From Armatimonadota bacterium (GTDB lineage Bacteria; Armatimonadota; UBA5829; DTLH01): DNA of 53,268 nucleotides. Location of the stretch: NCBI GenBank assembly GCA_039680575.1, contig JBDKSP010000093.1:1-53268 (forward strand), read 5' to 3'. The translations under genes were made by a program, and so were the position numbers. The notes under the pieces are model-generated. The model was not told the DNA's origin. It was given only the letters and a program-made list of their open reading frames with translations, and searched no databases. Shown here piece by piece: positions 28,035 through 38,126 of this stretch (position 1 is its first letter; each line of letters starts with the position of its first letter).

Positions 28035-28073
28035 ATATAAACCACGCTGCTGATATAAACCGGCAGGAGGTGG

Positions 28074-28463
28074 ATGATATTGCTTGATTATCTGACTGAT
28101 ACTACGACTTTATCGCTGGCGAAGTCGCTGGACGGCATCGCTGCGCGTCATAAAGTCATCGCTAATAACATCGCAAACGCCGAGACTCCGGGGTTTGTCA
28201 GGTCGGACGTTACGTTTGAGGACAGCCTCAAGCAGGCTATGGAATCGGGCAGTGACGATGACATAAGAAAGTCACTTGAAGATATCCAACCGCAAACTGT
28301 AGCCGATGAGACGACCGCTGCAGGACCGAACGGCAACAACGTGTCTATAGATAAAGAGATGGCTGATCTAACCAAGAACTCTCTAAACTATGAATCCGTC
28401 ATCCAGATTCTTAATATGAAATCTACGATGATTAAATCAGCGATTACTGAAGGGAGACGTTAA
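28074..28463 (+). CDS. flgB: Flagellar basal-body rod protein FlgB
   Basis: IANNIANAETPGF, NGNNVSIDKEM. Confidence 0.95.
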   Translation: MILLDYLTDTTTLSLAKSLDGIAARHKVIANNIANAETPGFVRSDVTFEDSLKQAMESGSDDDIRKSLEDIQPQTVADETTAAGPNGNNVSIDKEMADLTKNSLNYESVIQILNMKSTMIKSAITEGRR

Positions 28464-28465
28464 CA

Positions 28466-28873
28466 TTGGGTAGTTTTTCCTCCATAGATATCAGCTCATC
28501 GGGGCTTTTCGCCCAGCGTACCAGACTCGATGCGATTGCAAACAACATCGCTAATGCAAACACTACCCGTACAGACGCGGGTGGGCCATATAAAAAACAG
28601 GAAGTTGTTTTTAGAGCGCGGACCGCGGAAGATGGAACCACTGCCGGTGTCGATGTAGAGGAAGTGGCAGAAAGCCCGGCACCCTCAAGGATGGTCTATG
28701 ACCCGTCAAGCCCGGATGCCAACTCGGACGGTATGGTAGCAATGCCGAATGTCAACATTGTCGAAGAGATGGTCGACATGATCTCTGCTACCAGAGCATA
28801 CGAGGCAAATGTCCAGGCTATCCAGGCGGCAAAGTCGATGGCGTCCAAAGCGTTGGATCTCGGCAAGGTATAG
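28466..28873 (+). CDS. flgC: Flagellar basal-body rod protein FlgC
   Basis: ANNIANANTT, PNVNIVEEMVDMISATRAYEAN. Confidence 0.96.
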   Translation: MGSFSSIDISSSGLFAQRTRLDAIANNIANANTTRTDAGGPYKKQEVVFRARTAEDGTTAGVDVEEVAESPAPSRMVYDPSSPDANSDGMVAMPNVNIVEEMVDMISATRAYEANVQAIQAAKSMASKALDLGKV

Positions 28874-28892
28874 GGAAGGCGGTTGAACGAAT

Positions 28893-29195
28893 ATGCAAAT
28901 CGAAAGCATAGGGAGCCAGTTACCCGCAGCGTCGATCGGAGGAGTATCTCAAAACAAGGTCACAGCAGCACCGAGCGGAGGATTCGGGGACACGATCAAA
29001 TCGGCGCTCTCGGAAGTCAACAAGCTCCAGACTGATGCGGATGAGCTGGCCACAAAACTTGCGGTGGGTGACCCCGTGGAGATACACCAGGCAATGATTT
29101 CCATGCAGAAGGCAAGCACAGCCCTGCAGTTTACTATTCAGGTCAGAAACAAAGTTATCGATGCTTACCAGGAAATCATGCGCATGCAGGTCTAG
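28893..29195 (+). CDS. fliE: Flagellar hook-basal body protein FliE
   Basis: QVRNKVIDAYQEIMRMQV. Confidence 0.96.
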   Translation: MQIESIGSQLPAASIGGVSQNKVTAAPSGGFGDTIKSALSEVNKLQTDADELATKLAVGDPVEIHQAMISMQKASTALQFTIQVRNKVIDAYQEIMRMQV

Positions 29196-29242
29196 CAGGC
29201 CTTTTATTTTACGAATAAAGCTCATATAAGGGACGGATTTAT

Positions 29243-30814
29243 ATGGATCAACTCACAAAACTGGGCCCAATGCAGGCAATAGCAAAGTTCTGGGGGTCTC
29301 TCAGTAATACTCAGCGGTTTATGACGGTCGTGTTTATTTCCACGAGCGTTGTACTGCTTTTGGTGGTATCGGTTGTGGCGACGAGACCGACATACGAAGT
29401 CCTGTTTTCGGGGCTTGAAGCCGCAGATGCAGGCACTATAGTGTCGAAACTGCAGGAAAGTAAGATTCCTTACGAGATAGACGGGTCCACCATAAAGGTC
29501 CCTGAAAAAAACGTTCATGAGCTCAGAATGCAGCTTGCGAGCCAGGGATTGCCCAAAGGCGGCACAGTTGGCTTCGAGTTGTTCGATAAAAATAACCTTG
29601 GAATGACCGAGTTCACCCAGAGACTGAACTACCAGAGAGCGCTTCAGGGTGAACTCAGCCGGACAATAGATCAGATAGATTGTGTTACTCAATCCCGCGT
29701 ACATGTCGTTATTCCTGAGGAGAATGTATTTGCAGACGATAAGAAGCAGCCTACCGCTTCTGTAGTTTTGAAGATGAGACCGGGAAGCAAACTGAGTCCC
29801 GACCAGGTTTCCGGTGTTGTTCGATTGGTGTCATCAGCCGTAGAAGGACTGAGCCCCGACCATGTGACGATTGTCGATATGGACGGTAATATGCTTTCCG
29901 AGCCGGTAGACAGCTCAACAGGCCTTGATCCGAGAATGAGTTCATCGCAGCTCAGGATGAAGGAGGAATATGAGCAGCAGGTCCGCCAGGATATTCAGTC
30001 GATGCTTGAGCGGGTCCTTGGACCGAATAAAGCAGTTGTGCGGGTCAATGCCAAGATCAATTTCGACCGCAAGGAGAAGAGCAGCGAGCTTTACGAGCCG
30101 GTAGAGACGAACAAGGGCGTCATTGCAAGTGAAGACCGGATGGAAGAGAGCTACAACGGTGCAGGCAGTAATTCTGGCGGAGTAGTCGGCGTCAGGCCTG
30201 CAATCAATGGAACAGCATCATCATCGGTTGCAACCGGCGGCAAGGGCTACCAGAGAATTCAGTCAAATGCCAAGTATGAAGTTTCTAAAACAACGGAGCA
30301 TGTCATAACGGCTCCCGGTCAACTGGAGAAGATTTCGGTTGCCGTGATGGTTGACGGTAAAGTCGATGCCGGTAAGGTGCAATCTATTCGAAACGCAGTC
30401 TCCGCGGCGGCGGGTATCGAGCCGGAAAGAGGCGATAAGATCACAGTCGAAAGTATAGCGTTCGATGACAGTGTCGTAAAACAGCAGGCGAAGGAGATGC
30501 AGGCTGCCGAATCAAAATCGAACTATATATCGATAGGGAAAACCATTGGTGGAGTCCTGCTTCTATTTGCCTTCCTCTTCTTCCTGAAGGGGATGTTGAA
30601 ACAGATCAAGGTTCAAGTTCCTGAATCAGTGACTGTGACTGAAGTCTCTCCTGATGAGATTCCGGCGGTGCTTCAGGGTTACGAGGCGACACCCGAAATG
30701 ATGGCGGATGTGGCTGCGGTCGGCGGTTCCAGCCAACCGGTGAGTACAGGATCAACAGCGAAACCCAGTGCGGAAGATGTAGCAAAAGCGCTGCGCTCGT
30801 GGATGTCGGAGTAG
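29243..30814 (+). CDS. fliF: Flagellar M-ring protein FliF
   Basis: GFELFD, YQRALQGELSRTI, PTASV, two TM segments. Confidence 0.96.
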   Translation: MDQLTKLGPMQAIAKFWGSLSNTQRFMTVVFISTSVVLLLVVSVVATRPTYEVLFSGLEAADAGTIVSKLQESKIPYEIDGSTIKVPEKNVHELRMQLASQGLPKGGTVGFELFDKNNLGMTEFTQRLNYQRALQGELSRTIDQIDCVTQSRVHVVIPEENVFADDKKQPTASVVLKMRPGSKLSPDQVSGVVRLVSSAVEGLSPDHVTIVDMDGNMLSEPVDSSTGLDPRMSSSQLRMKEEYEQQVRQDIQSMLERVLGPNKAVVRVNAKINFDRKEKSSELYEPVETNKGVIASEDRMEESYNGAGSNSGGVVGVRPAINGTASSSVATGGKGYQRIQSNAKYEVSKTTEHVITAPGQLEKISVAVMVDGKVDAGKVQSIRNAVSAAAGIEPERGDKITVESIAFDDSVVKQQAKEMQAAESKSNYISIGKTIGGVLLLFAFLFFLKGMLKQIKVQVPESVTVTEVSPDEIPAVLQGYEATPEMMADVAAVGGSSQPVSTGSTAKPSAEDVAKALRSWMSE

Positions 30815-30825
30815 AGTAGTAAAAA

Positions 30826-31881
30826 ATGGCTATTACAGATCCCAATCAGCTTACAGGCTTGGAGAAGGCAAGCATAGTATTGATAGCGCTTGGAACTGAT
30901 GTTACGGCGGACGTGTTCAAGCACCTGCGTGAGCCTGAGATAGAAAAGATATCAGGGCAGATCATGAAACTGAGAAACATCGATGCCGCTGTGATTGAAA
31001 CCGTAGTCTCGGAGTTTCAGCAGATGTGTACAGCAGCTCGGAACGGATTATCAGGCGGTAAGGACTTCGCCGCGCGAGCGCTGGAACAGGCGATGGGACA
31101 GGAGAAGGCGAACGAGCTCCTGGACAAGGCCGGAACAGCGTCCTATGGACGTCCGTTCGAGTCGCTGTGGGAGGCGGAAGCCAAACAATTGGCTGCGGTC
31201 CTTGCGAAAGAGAACCCTCAGATCATCGGGCTCGTCCTTACGTATTTGCCATCAGAAAAAGCTGCGCTTGTTCTTGCAGAGATGGATGATCGTATGCAGG
31301 CTGAAATAGCGCACTCTATCTGCACTCAGGGAGAGACTGATCCATACGTCTTGAGCGCAATCGAAGAAGCTCTAAACGCTAAACTTTTAACTGCGGATTC
31401 GCAAGCAGCTTCCGTAGGCGGGCCGAAAGCCCTTGTAGACATATTGAACAATGCCACAAGATCGACTGAGCAGTTGGTTCTTGGCTCACTTGCTTCTCAA
31501 GACCCGGAAATGGGTGAGCAAGTCCGAAAGATGATGTTTGTCTTTGAAGACCTCATCAAACTTGATGACCGTACGATGCAGATCGTTCTTCGTGAGATCG
31601 ATCAGGAGGATCTGCGTATGGCGCTCAAGGGTGCTAATGATGATATCAAGGGATTGGCGTTCAGAAACATGTCCGAGCGCGCTGCTGATATGCTCAGAGA
31701 AGACTTGGAGCTATTGGCTAACGCAAAACCTGAGGATATGGAAGCCGGACAGCAGAAAATCGTAAACGTTGTCAGAAGGCTGATCGCAAGCGGTGAGGCG
31801 GCAATGAAGAACCCAGATGAGCAGCCAGCCGAGGAGGAGCAGGTAGTTGAACAGTCTGATCAAGTCGAGCTTGCTGCCTAA
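30826..31881 (+). CDS. fliG: Flagellar motor switch protein FliG
   Basis: GLEKASIVL, ENPQ, MFVFEDL, NMSERAADMLREDLE. Confidence 0.95.
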   Translation: MAITDPNQLTGLEKASIVLIALGTDVTADVFKHLREPEIEKISGQIMKLRNIDAAVIETVVSEFQQMCTAARNGLSGGKDFAARALEQAMGQEKANELLDKAGTASYGRPFESLWEAEAKQLAAVLAKENPQIIGLVLTYLPSEKAALVLAEMDDRMQAEIAHSICTQGETDPYVLSAIEEALNAKLLTADSQAASVGGPKALVDILNNATRSTEQLVLGSLASQDPEMGEQVRKMMFVFEDLIKLDDRTMQIVLREIDQEDLRMALKGANDDIKGLAFRNMSERAADMLREDLELLANAKPEDMEAGQQKIVNVVRRLIASGEAAMKNPDEQPAEEEQVVEQSDQVELAA

Positions 31882-32563
31882 CTCAGACATCGGCGGCGAG
31901 TATCTGATAGAGCCGAGGAAAGAGTCCGCTGGACATCATAACCCACAAAAAGCTAAGTCCCCTGAGGATCAGGCGAGGAGGATCATAGCTCAAGCGGAGG
32001 ATGATGCGCGAGCGCTGGTTGAAGAGGCGAACGCGGAAGCTGAGTTGATTCGTGACACAGCATACCAGGAAGGTTATGAGGCTGGTATGTGCCAGTTGAA
32101 CAGCGAACGAGAGGCGATAGTTGAGCAGATTCACCAAATAGAAGCCGCTGCAGCCGATGAGATCGAATGTTTCTGGGTGAAGATCGAGCCTGAACTCCTG
32201 AGATTGTCCGTGGAGATAGCATCGAAAATCGTCCGGCATAACATCGAAGAGACTGACGGGTTCGTGCTGACCACAGTTAAGGAAGGCATACGGCAGTTGA
32301 GGGACAGGCAGGACCTCAAAGTCCGGGTAAACCCGAAAGACTACACACTGATGCGCGAAGAGAAGGACGAAGTCCTCAGTTCATGCGACGGTATCAGGAA
32401 CCTCGAAATCATCGACGACCGCCGGGTAGGTGAGGGTGGGTGCATCATAGAGTCCTGTAATGGCGACCTGGATGCGCGTATCGAGACACAGTTATCGGAA
32501 GCAGAGAGAGCATTATTGGAGGCAAGCCGTTATGGCAGGTCTGAAGAACCCTCCGAGTCTTGA
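31847..32563 (+). CDS. fliH: Flagellar assembly protein FliH
   Basis: AYQEGYEAG, VRVNPKD, GGCIIES...DARIETQL; synteny. Confidence 0.9.
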   Translation: MNSLIKSSLLPNSDIGGEYLIEPRKESAGHHNPQKAKSPEDQARRIIAQAEDDARALVEEANAEAELIRDTAYQEGYEAGMCQLNSEREAIVEQIHQIEAAAADEIECFWVKIEPELLRLSVEIASKIVRHNIEETDGFVLTTVKEGIRQLRDRQDLKVRVNPKDYTLMREEKDEVLSSCDGIRNLEIIDDRRVGEGGCIIESCNGDLDARIETQLSEAERALLEASRYGRSEEPSES

Positions 32564-33866
32564 TAGATATATGCCGGTCGTCGGGCGGCTGAATACCATG
32601 AAGCTGAACGGCAAAGTGTCGCAGGTAGTTGGAGTTGTTGTCGAGTCGAAAGGTCCGGCGGCGCACCTCGGTGAAATCTGCGAGATTCAAGTGCGAAGAA
32701 ACGGAAAACCTGTACTTGCCGAAGTTGTCGGCTTCAAGGAAAACGGCGTGCTTCTGATGCCGCTTGGAGAGATGGAAGAGATAGCTCCCGGAAGCAATGT
32801 CGTTGCTACTGGGACATCACTTCGGGCTAGGGTAGGAAACGGGCTACTCGGACGTGTTCTTGACGGCTTAGGCAGGCCGATTGACGGGCTTGGGCCAATA
32901 GAGGTCGAGGATGAACTCGTTGTTTCGCGGACACCCCCTGCGCCGCTTGAGAGAACACGCATCAACAGCCATCTTCCGCTCGGTGTGAGAGCGATAGATG
33001 CCCTCATCACGTGCGGCAAAGGCCAACGTATAGGTATCTTCGCGGGCAGCGGGGTGGGAAAGAGCACGCTCCTCGGCATGATCGCTCGAAATACCGAAGC
33101 TGATGTAAACGTGATCGCTCTCATCGGAGAACGAGGTAGAGAGGTCAGAGACTTTATAGAAAAAGACCTCGGACCCGAAGGGCTTGCAAGGTCTGTCGTT
33201 GTTGTCGCTACGTCCGATCAGGTCGCTGTCTCTCGTTTGAGAGGTGCGATGGTTGCAACGACGATTGCCGAGTACTTCAGGGACCAGGGCAAAGACGTCA
33301 TGCTGATGATGGACTCCGTCACGCGTGTGGCGTGGGCTCAGCGGGAGATCGGCCTTGCAGTCGGCGAGCCGCCGACCACGAGAGGCTACACACCGTCGGT
33401 ATTCGCGCTCTTGCCGAAGCTCCTCGAACGTTCCGGGACTGCTGCCAGAGGGTCTATTACAGGGCTCTACACAGTGTTGGTCGATGGAGATGACATGAAC
33501 GAGCCGGTAGCAGACTCCGTCCGAAGTATTCTTGACGGACACATCGTGCTATCGAGAGACCTCGCGCACAGGAACCATTATCCGGCCATAGATGTCCTCG
33601 CCAGCGTCAGCAGGCTCATATCGGATGTGACTGCGCCGGAACACCGGAAAGCCGCCGGAATGTTGAGAGATATTTTAGCCAGTTACAGGTCTGCTGAAGA
33701 CCTTATCAACATCGGCGCTTATGTCGATGGAAGCAATCCCAAAATCGATCACGCAAAGGCTCACATCGGCCCGATCAATGAATTCCTGAGACAGGCGGTA
33801 GACGATAGAGCTCCTTACGCCGAGACAGTAGCGACTTTGCAGGAATTGTTTAAGGATAAGAAATGA
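32532..33866 (+). CDS. fliI: Flagellar export ATPase FliI
   Basis: GSGVGKST Walker A, LIGERGREV, MMDSVTR, LDGHIVL; ATG 32532 follows GGAGG. Confidence 0.97.
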   Translation: MAGLKNPPSLDRYMPVVGRLNTMKLNGKVSQVVGVVVESKGPAAHLGEICEIQVRRNGKPVLAEVVGFKENGVLLMPLGEMEEIAPGSNVVATGTSLRARVGNGLLGRVLDGLGRPIDGLGPIEVEDELVVSRTPPAPLERTRINSHLPLGVRAIDALITCGKGQRIGIFAGSGVGKSTLLGMIARNTEADVNVIALIGERGREVRDFIEKDLGPEGLARSVVVVATSDQVAVSRLRGAMVATTIAEYFRDQGKDVMLMMDSVTRVAWAQREIGLAVGEPPTTRGYTPSVFALLPKLLERSGTAARGSITGLYTVLVDGDDMNEPVADSVRSILDGHIVLSRDLAHRNHYPAIDVLASVSRLISDVTAPEHRKAAGMLRDILASYRSAEDLINIGAYVDGSNPKIDHAKAHIGPINEFLRQAVDDRAPYAETVATLQELFKDKK

Positions 33867-34333
33867 AGAAGTTTAAGTTTAACCTCCAGCGAGTGCTGGA
33901 TTACAGGCAAACGATAGAAGACACACTGCTTGCAGAGCTTGCAGCGATTCAGGCCGAGCATGAGCGCGAGCTTGTAAAGCTCGAAGGTATGAAGCATGAA
34001 CTGAGCCGGTTCAGAGAGAAGATGAAAGTCGAGTTATCGCAAGGCAGCGCGGATGAGATCAAAGAAGCATATAACTACCTGCAGCAGCTAACCAGGCAGG
34101 TTTTAAACCAGCAGCTTGTTGTGTCCAAAGTCAAAGAAAAAAAAGACCAGAAGACACTTGAGGTTGTCGATGCCGCGAAAGATCGAAAGGCGCTGGAACG
34201 GTTAAAGGAATACAAGGTCGCCGAACACAGAAAAGAGGCTGACCGGCAGGAACAGAAGTTCCTGGACGAAATTGCCAGCATTCGGTTCGGCCGGACAAGA
34301 ACTGAGGACCTTGCAACCGGAGGCAGGATATGA
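33863..34333 (+). CDS. fliJ: Flagellar export protein FliJ
   Basis: FKFNLQRVL, coiled coil, EQKFLDEIA. Confidence 0.92.
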   Translation: MKKFKFNLQRVLDYRQTIEDTLLAELAAIQAEHERELVKLEGMKHELSRFREKMKVELSQGSADEIKEAYNYLQQLTRQVLNQQLVVSKVKEKKDQKTLEVVDAAKDRKALERLKEYKVAEHRKEADRQEQKFLDEIASIRFGRTRTEDLATGGRI

Positions 34334-34884
34334 ATCTGGAGCATGTCGAAGCCATTAAGGCAAGAATCGAGGAAATACGCCGCAGGTTTGTGGACCCAAG
34401 CGAGAACATGGACCGATGTATGAGTGTGTCCGGCGGTAAAAGTTCTACATTCGATGGGGTAATGCGCCAGGTGAGCGGTTCCAACGCGACTCCCTGCCCG
34501 GAGGACCTCGAACCGATGATTGAGGCTGCTTCCGAGAAATATGGAGTAAGCCCCGCGGTTATAAAAGCTGTTATCAAGGCGGAATCGGGGTTCCGCGCAA
34601 ATGCAACCTCGCGCGTGGGTGCGCAGGGGCTTATGCAGCTTATGCCAGGAACAGCCAGGGCGCTCGGGGTCGATCCAAGTAATCCGGCACAGAATATAGA
34701 TGGTGGTACCAGGTATCTGAAGTGTCAGCTAGACAGGTTTGGAGGCAATCTTGCCTATGCTCTTGCCGCCTATAACGCCGGTCCGGGCAGTGTGATCAAA
34801 TACGGTGGGGTCCCACCGTACGCCGAGACGCAAAATTACGTTAAGAAAGTCCTGGGTTATGTCGATAGTTATTCGGGAGAGTAG
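34330..34884 (+). CDS. SLT-family lytic transglycosylase
   Basis: AVIKAESGF, GAQGLMQLMPGT, ALAAYNAGPG, PPYAETQNYV. Confidence 0.93.
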   Translation: MNLEHVEAIKARIEEIRRRFVDPSENMDRCMSVSGGKSSTFDGVMRQVSGSNATPCPEDLEPMIEAASEKYGVSPAVIKAVIKAESGFRANATSRVGAQGLMQLMPGTARALGVDPSNPAQNIDGGTRYLKCQLDRFGGNLAYALAAYNAGPGSVIKYGGVPPYAETQNYVKKVLGYVDSYSGE

Positions 34885-34903
34885 CGAGTGGTGTTGTGTG
34901 AAA

Positions 34904-34990
34904 CGTCATGTTGAATTAAGTTCAGCATCCAGGAAAGCTTATCAAGCTAGAGGAGACTCCCGCTTCGGGATGAAAAGCGATCCCGAAGCA
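34904..34990. repeat. Compound intergenic repeat: half of the MITE internal palindrome plus a GCTTCGGGAT/ATCCCGAAGC hairpin
   Basis: CGTCATGTTGAATTAAGTTCAGCATCCAGGAA is the approximate reverse complement of the MITE core; hairpin at 34962-34989 resembles 41717-41739. Confidence 0.7.
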
Positions 34991-35024
34991 TAAATAGAGA
35001 CTAAAAAGGAGGTGTTACCGCATA

Positions 35025-36602
35025 TTGGAAGCAGCTAATTTTTTGCTGAATACTGCTGTGCTTGGGGTATCGACGTCGAGTGGCGTAAGCTCCGGTAAAG
35101 CGGTAGAAAGCGGAAGCGGAGCAGGTTCCGAGTTTCAGGAACTTGTCGCAAAATTGCTGGGTGATTGCGGTATCGAAGCCAATGTCGATGAAGTAAAGGC
35201 CGGACAACAGCCACAGGAAGAAAAGAGCGGTTCAGAAAATGAAAATGAACAGAAGTTATCTGAAAGCATCGCTCAAGCCGAGTGTCTGTTGGGGTCTATC
35301 GGGGTGATTCTCGGAACGACTGATGAAGTGTCCGCAGAAGTTGCGACTATATCGTCCCCCGTGCAGTTGGATGGAGCTTCGGTACCTGATACTCAGGGTA
35401 CAGTGCCGGTTGTATCAAACGACCAGGCAGAGAGTCTTGTCAAGACGGAGCAAGTCGGACCGTCTGTTGCTGAGAACGAGGTCATGGACGTTGTATCGGA
35501 AGCGCAATCAAACGCTTCTACTCAGGGAATAGCGTCCATGACTGACGTTCCGGACAGTTATAAGCAGCCGGAGTCAAACATATCGATAGAGTCTGAGGAA
35601 CCGAAGGTCTTAGGTGAAGCAGTTGGCCTGACCAAAGAAACAGGCTCATCCGAAAAGGCGGGACTTTCGGCAGAACAGGTAGAACCAGATGCTAAAACGG
35701 ATTTCAGTGATGTCAAAACTGCTCCTGCCAGTGAGAAACAAACGGCGAAAGCGGCTTCTTCGGCGGCTGGAGCTGTTTTATCGAATGAGCAGGAGGCAGC
35801 TAAAGCGGTCGAGACCGCAGCAGCCTCTCAAGATCAGAAATTAGTAAGCGATGCCGCAAATTCCTTCAGTGGCTCGTCAAGGTTGTTTGTACAGGCGGCA
35901 CAGACCACATCGGATGGCTCTGTAAACCAGACAGCCAACAATCAGCAAGTTATCATCAGCCAGTCCATCGAATCAGGACCGGGAGATGCGATTGATCTGC
36001 CTCCGGTCGAGGAAACTAAAAAAGTCCAGGACATAAGTGATAACAATTCCGGGCAAAACACAGGTGATATATCCTCACAGGTCACCGGTACCCCCGGATT
36101 TCGCGCTGCTGATGCAGTTCAGAACTCTGAGGGAAATCTTCCTTCGGAGCAGGCGCTAAGCACCAAGGTCATCCACCAGATAGTGAAGGCCGCTAAGGTT
36201 AATATAACCGAAGGCAGGTCCGATATTGTTCTCAGACTCGACCCACCGCATCTGGGCACAGTCAATATGAATGTGTCTGTTACGGGTGGAACGGTCACGG
36301 CAACGATTCAGACTACCACCGAGGCCGCAAGACAAGCCCTGCAGTCTGATCTGGCAACGCTCAAGCAGTCACTCTCGGATGCTGGTATAAATGTCGACCA
36401 GATCAATGTATCGGTCGGTGGGAACCACGATCAGAGCCAGGGGTGGAACCTTAATTCGGGAAGCCATGATTGGACAGCCGGCGGCAAGGCTAACGGCGGG
36501 ACTTTCTATGGTGATCCGTCACAACAGGACAGCGAGCCGGTTGTAGATGCATCCGGTATCACAATACGGACATCGAGTGGAAGACTCGATTTTCTCGCAT
36601 AG
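35025..36602 (+). CDS. fliK: Flagellar hook-length control protein FliK
   Basis: Low-complexity acidic N-part, LRLDPPHLG C-domain, position before flgD. Confidence 0.9.
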   Translation: MEAANFLLNTAVLGVSTSSGVSSGKAVESGSGAGSEFQELVAKLLGDCGIEANVDEVKAGQQPQEEKSGSENENEQKLSESIAQAECLLGSIGVILGTTDEVSAEVATISSPVQLDGASVPDTQGTVPVVSNDQAESLVKTEQVGPSVAENEVMDVVSEAQSNASTQGIASMTDVPDSYKQPESNISIESEEPKVLGEAVGLTKETGSSEKAGLSAEQVEPDAKTDFSDVKTAPASEKQTAKAASSAAGAVLSNEQEAAKAVETAAASQDQKLVSDAANSFSGSSRLFVQAAQTTSDGSVNQTANNQQVIISQSIESGPGDAIDLPPVEETKKVQDISDNNSGQNTGDISSQVTGTPGFRAADAVQNSEGNLPSEQALSTKVIHQIVKAAKVNITEGRSDIVLRLDPPHLGTVNMNVSVTGGTVTATIQTTTEAARQALQSDLATLKQSLSDAGINVDQINVSVGGNHDQSQGWNLNSGSHDWTAGGKANGGTFYGDPSQQDSEPVVDASGITIRTSSGRLDFLA

Positions 36603-36614
36603 GGGGATTTTGAT

Positions 36615-37073
36615 ATGTCAACTTCAACAACAGCAGTAGACGGTAGTAGCAGTACTACCACGAGCACATCAAGCAGCAGTAGCTCATCGCTTGATAAAGA
36701 AGCGTTCTTGAAGCTTCTGACAACACAGCTTCAGTACCAGGACCCATTGAGCCCGATGGACAATACGGAGTATATTGCACAGCTTGCACAATTCTCCAGC
36801 TTGGAGCAGATGACGAATGTCAGTTCCAACCTGGAGTCCATTAGTGATTCGCTGGATTCGTACCTTGGATCGTTGGTATCGAACCAGTCATCGTATTCCG
36901 CTCTCACCTTGATCGGAAAAAAGGTGGACTACACGGTTACGGATTCCGAAACCGACACTACTACAACCGAGAGCGGCACCGTGGACAGTATAGAGTTCAA
37001 GGACGGTATTCCGGTCCTCAAAATCAATGACACATCTGTTTCTATAAGCAATGTTACGAAGGTGTCATCCTGA
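36615..37073 (+). CDS. flgD: Flagellar hook capping protein FlgD
   Basis: [31 protein letters not shown]. Confidence 0.95.
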   Translation: MSTSTTAVDGSSSTTTSTSSSSSSSLDKEAFLKLLTTQLQYQDPLSPMDNTEYIAQLAQFSSLEQMTNVSSNLESISDSLDSYLGSLVSNQSSYSALTLIGKKVDYTVTDSETDTTTTESGTVDSIEFKDGIPVLKINDTSVSISNVTKVSS

Positions 37074-37119
37074 TTCCTTCGATGATAAGAGGTGGGATGC
37101 CTGAATATGAAAAATCTGC

Positions 37120-37135
37120 AGGCACGCTAATTGCT
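37120..37135 (+). promoter_or_regulatory. Internal sigma54 -24/-12 promoter
   Basis: AGGCAC-GCTAA-TTGCT, GG-N10-GC, in the gap after flgD. Confidence 0.8.
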
Positions 37136-37191
37136 GTAATAACTTGGAGACTAGCAACCCGTTCGATCACGACAGTTAGGATGGGATCTGC

Positions 37192-37650
37192 TTGAAAGTA
37201 GAATACATGGAGCCATTCGTGGAAGCAGCACGTTCAGTCCTGGAGCAGGTAGCTGGGGGAGCAGTCGAGCCCGGTATGCTTTCACTGCTTGGGACAACAT
37301 TCCCCACGGCGAGTACGAATATCGCCGCAAGGATCGATGGCTCTTTGAAGGGTGATGTGGTTTACAGCATGTCGAGTGAAACAGCTCAAAAGCTTGTAAC
37401 TTCCGTTATGGGAGCAGAAACAAGGGGATTCGGACGAACGGCAGGCTTTGGCCTGAACCAATTGGGCGCAATGCTAGCCGAACAGACAGACCGGGTCTTG
37501 TCCGAGCAGGGAATCGACTGTGAAATCAGCAGCCCTATTGTATTCCAGGGGATGAACGTAGAGTTCGCCGTGCCGGAACCGGCTCTTTCGGTACCGATCG
37601 ATACCGAAGCGGGCGAACTGAAAGTAAGTGTGGCGGTGAGGAGATGGTAA
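37192..37650 (+). CDS. CheX-like protein (degenerate active site)
   Basis: YMEPFVEAARSVL, GSLKGDVVYSMS, CEISSPIVFQG, VPIDTEAGE match the CheX pattern; ExxN motif is missing. Confidence 0.75.
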   Translation: MKVEYMEPFVEAARSVLEQVAGGAVEPGMLSLLGTTFPTASTNIAARIDGSLKGDVVYSMSSETAQKLVTSVMGAETRGFGRTAGFGLNQLGAMLAEQTDRVLSEQGIDCEISSPIVFQGMNVEFAVPEPALSVPIDTEAGELKVSVAVRRW

Positions 37651-38021
37651 ACAGGCTGAACCTTACTATCCCGGTCGGGAATTCGACTGTTAACCGGACC
37701 GAAGCCACAACGGCTGGAAAGCAAGGCAGCTTTGCAGAGCACCTTGCGCATGAGACAGAGCGACAGGAGTCGCTGAAGATCTCTTCGCATGCTCAAAAGC
37801 GTCTCGATTCGTCTCAGGTAAAGCTCACGGAGACAGATATTAAGCGTCTTGATGAGGCAGTAACGAGAGCCGAGGAAAAAGGCTCCAACCAGTCCCTCAT
37901 TATGATGGATGACCTGGCATTTGTCGTGAGCGTGAAAAATAAAGTCGTGATCACAGCGGTAGACGAGGCGCGGAGAAAAGAAGGGGTTTTTACCAATATT
38001 GACAGCGTTGTTATTGCGTAA
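37644..38021 (+). CDS. Flagellar operon protein of the TIGR02530 type
   Basis: LKISSHAQKRL, AEEKG, FVVSVKNKVVITA, VFTNIDSVVI; located before flgE. Confidence 0.88.
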   Translation: MVNRLNLTIPVGNSTVNRTEATTAGKQGSFAEHLAHETERQESLKISSHAQKRLDSSQVKLTETDIKRLDEAVTRAEEKGSNQSLIMMDDLAFVVSVKNKVVITAVDEARRKEGVFTNIDSVVIA

Positions 38022-38035
38022 GCGAGAAAACGCGG

Positions 38036-38112
38036 TGGGCCGGACCTCGACTGAGGAGGCCCAGTACCGTTCGATACGCGGACGGTACACCAGTAGATGA
38101 AGTGAATCTTCA
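38036..38112 (+). ncRNA. Candidate structured cis-regulatory RNA in the flgE leader
   Basis: Two abutting hairpins (38036-38063, 38064-38088) and a small third hairpin (38098-38112) touching the SD. Confidence 0.55.
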
Positions 38113-38126
38113 GGAGGTCAAGAACG

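Noticed and set aside
27732..28073. c-di-GMP riboswitch ahead of the flagellar operon
   Set aside because: No GEMM-type motif seen; the structure here is explained by the MITE, and the sigma54 promoter leaves only a very short leader
36621..36690. Ser/Thr-rich low-complexity tract
   Set aside because: Ordinary N-terminal linker of FlgD, not a DNA repeat element
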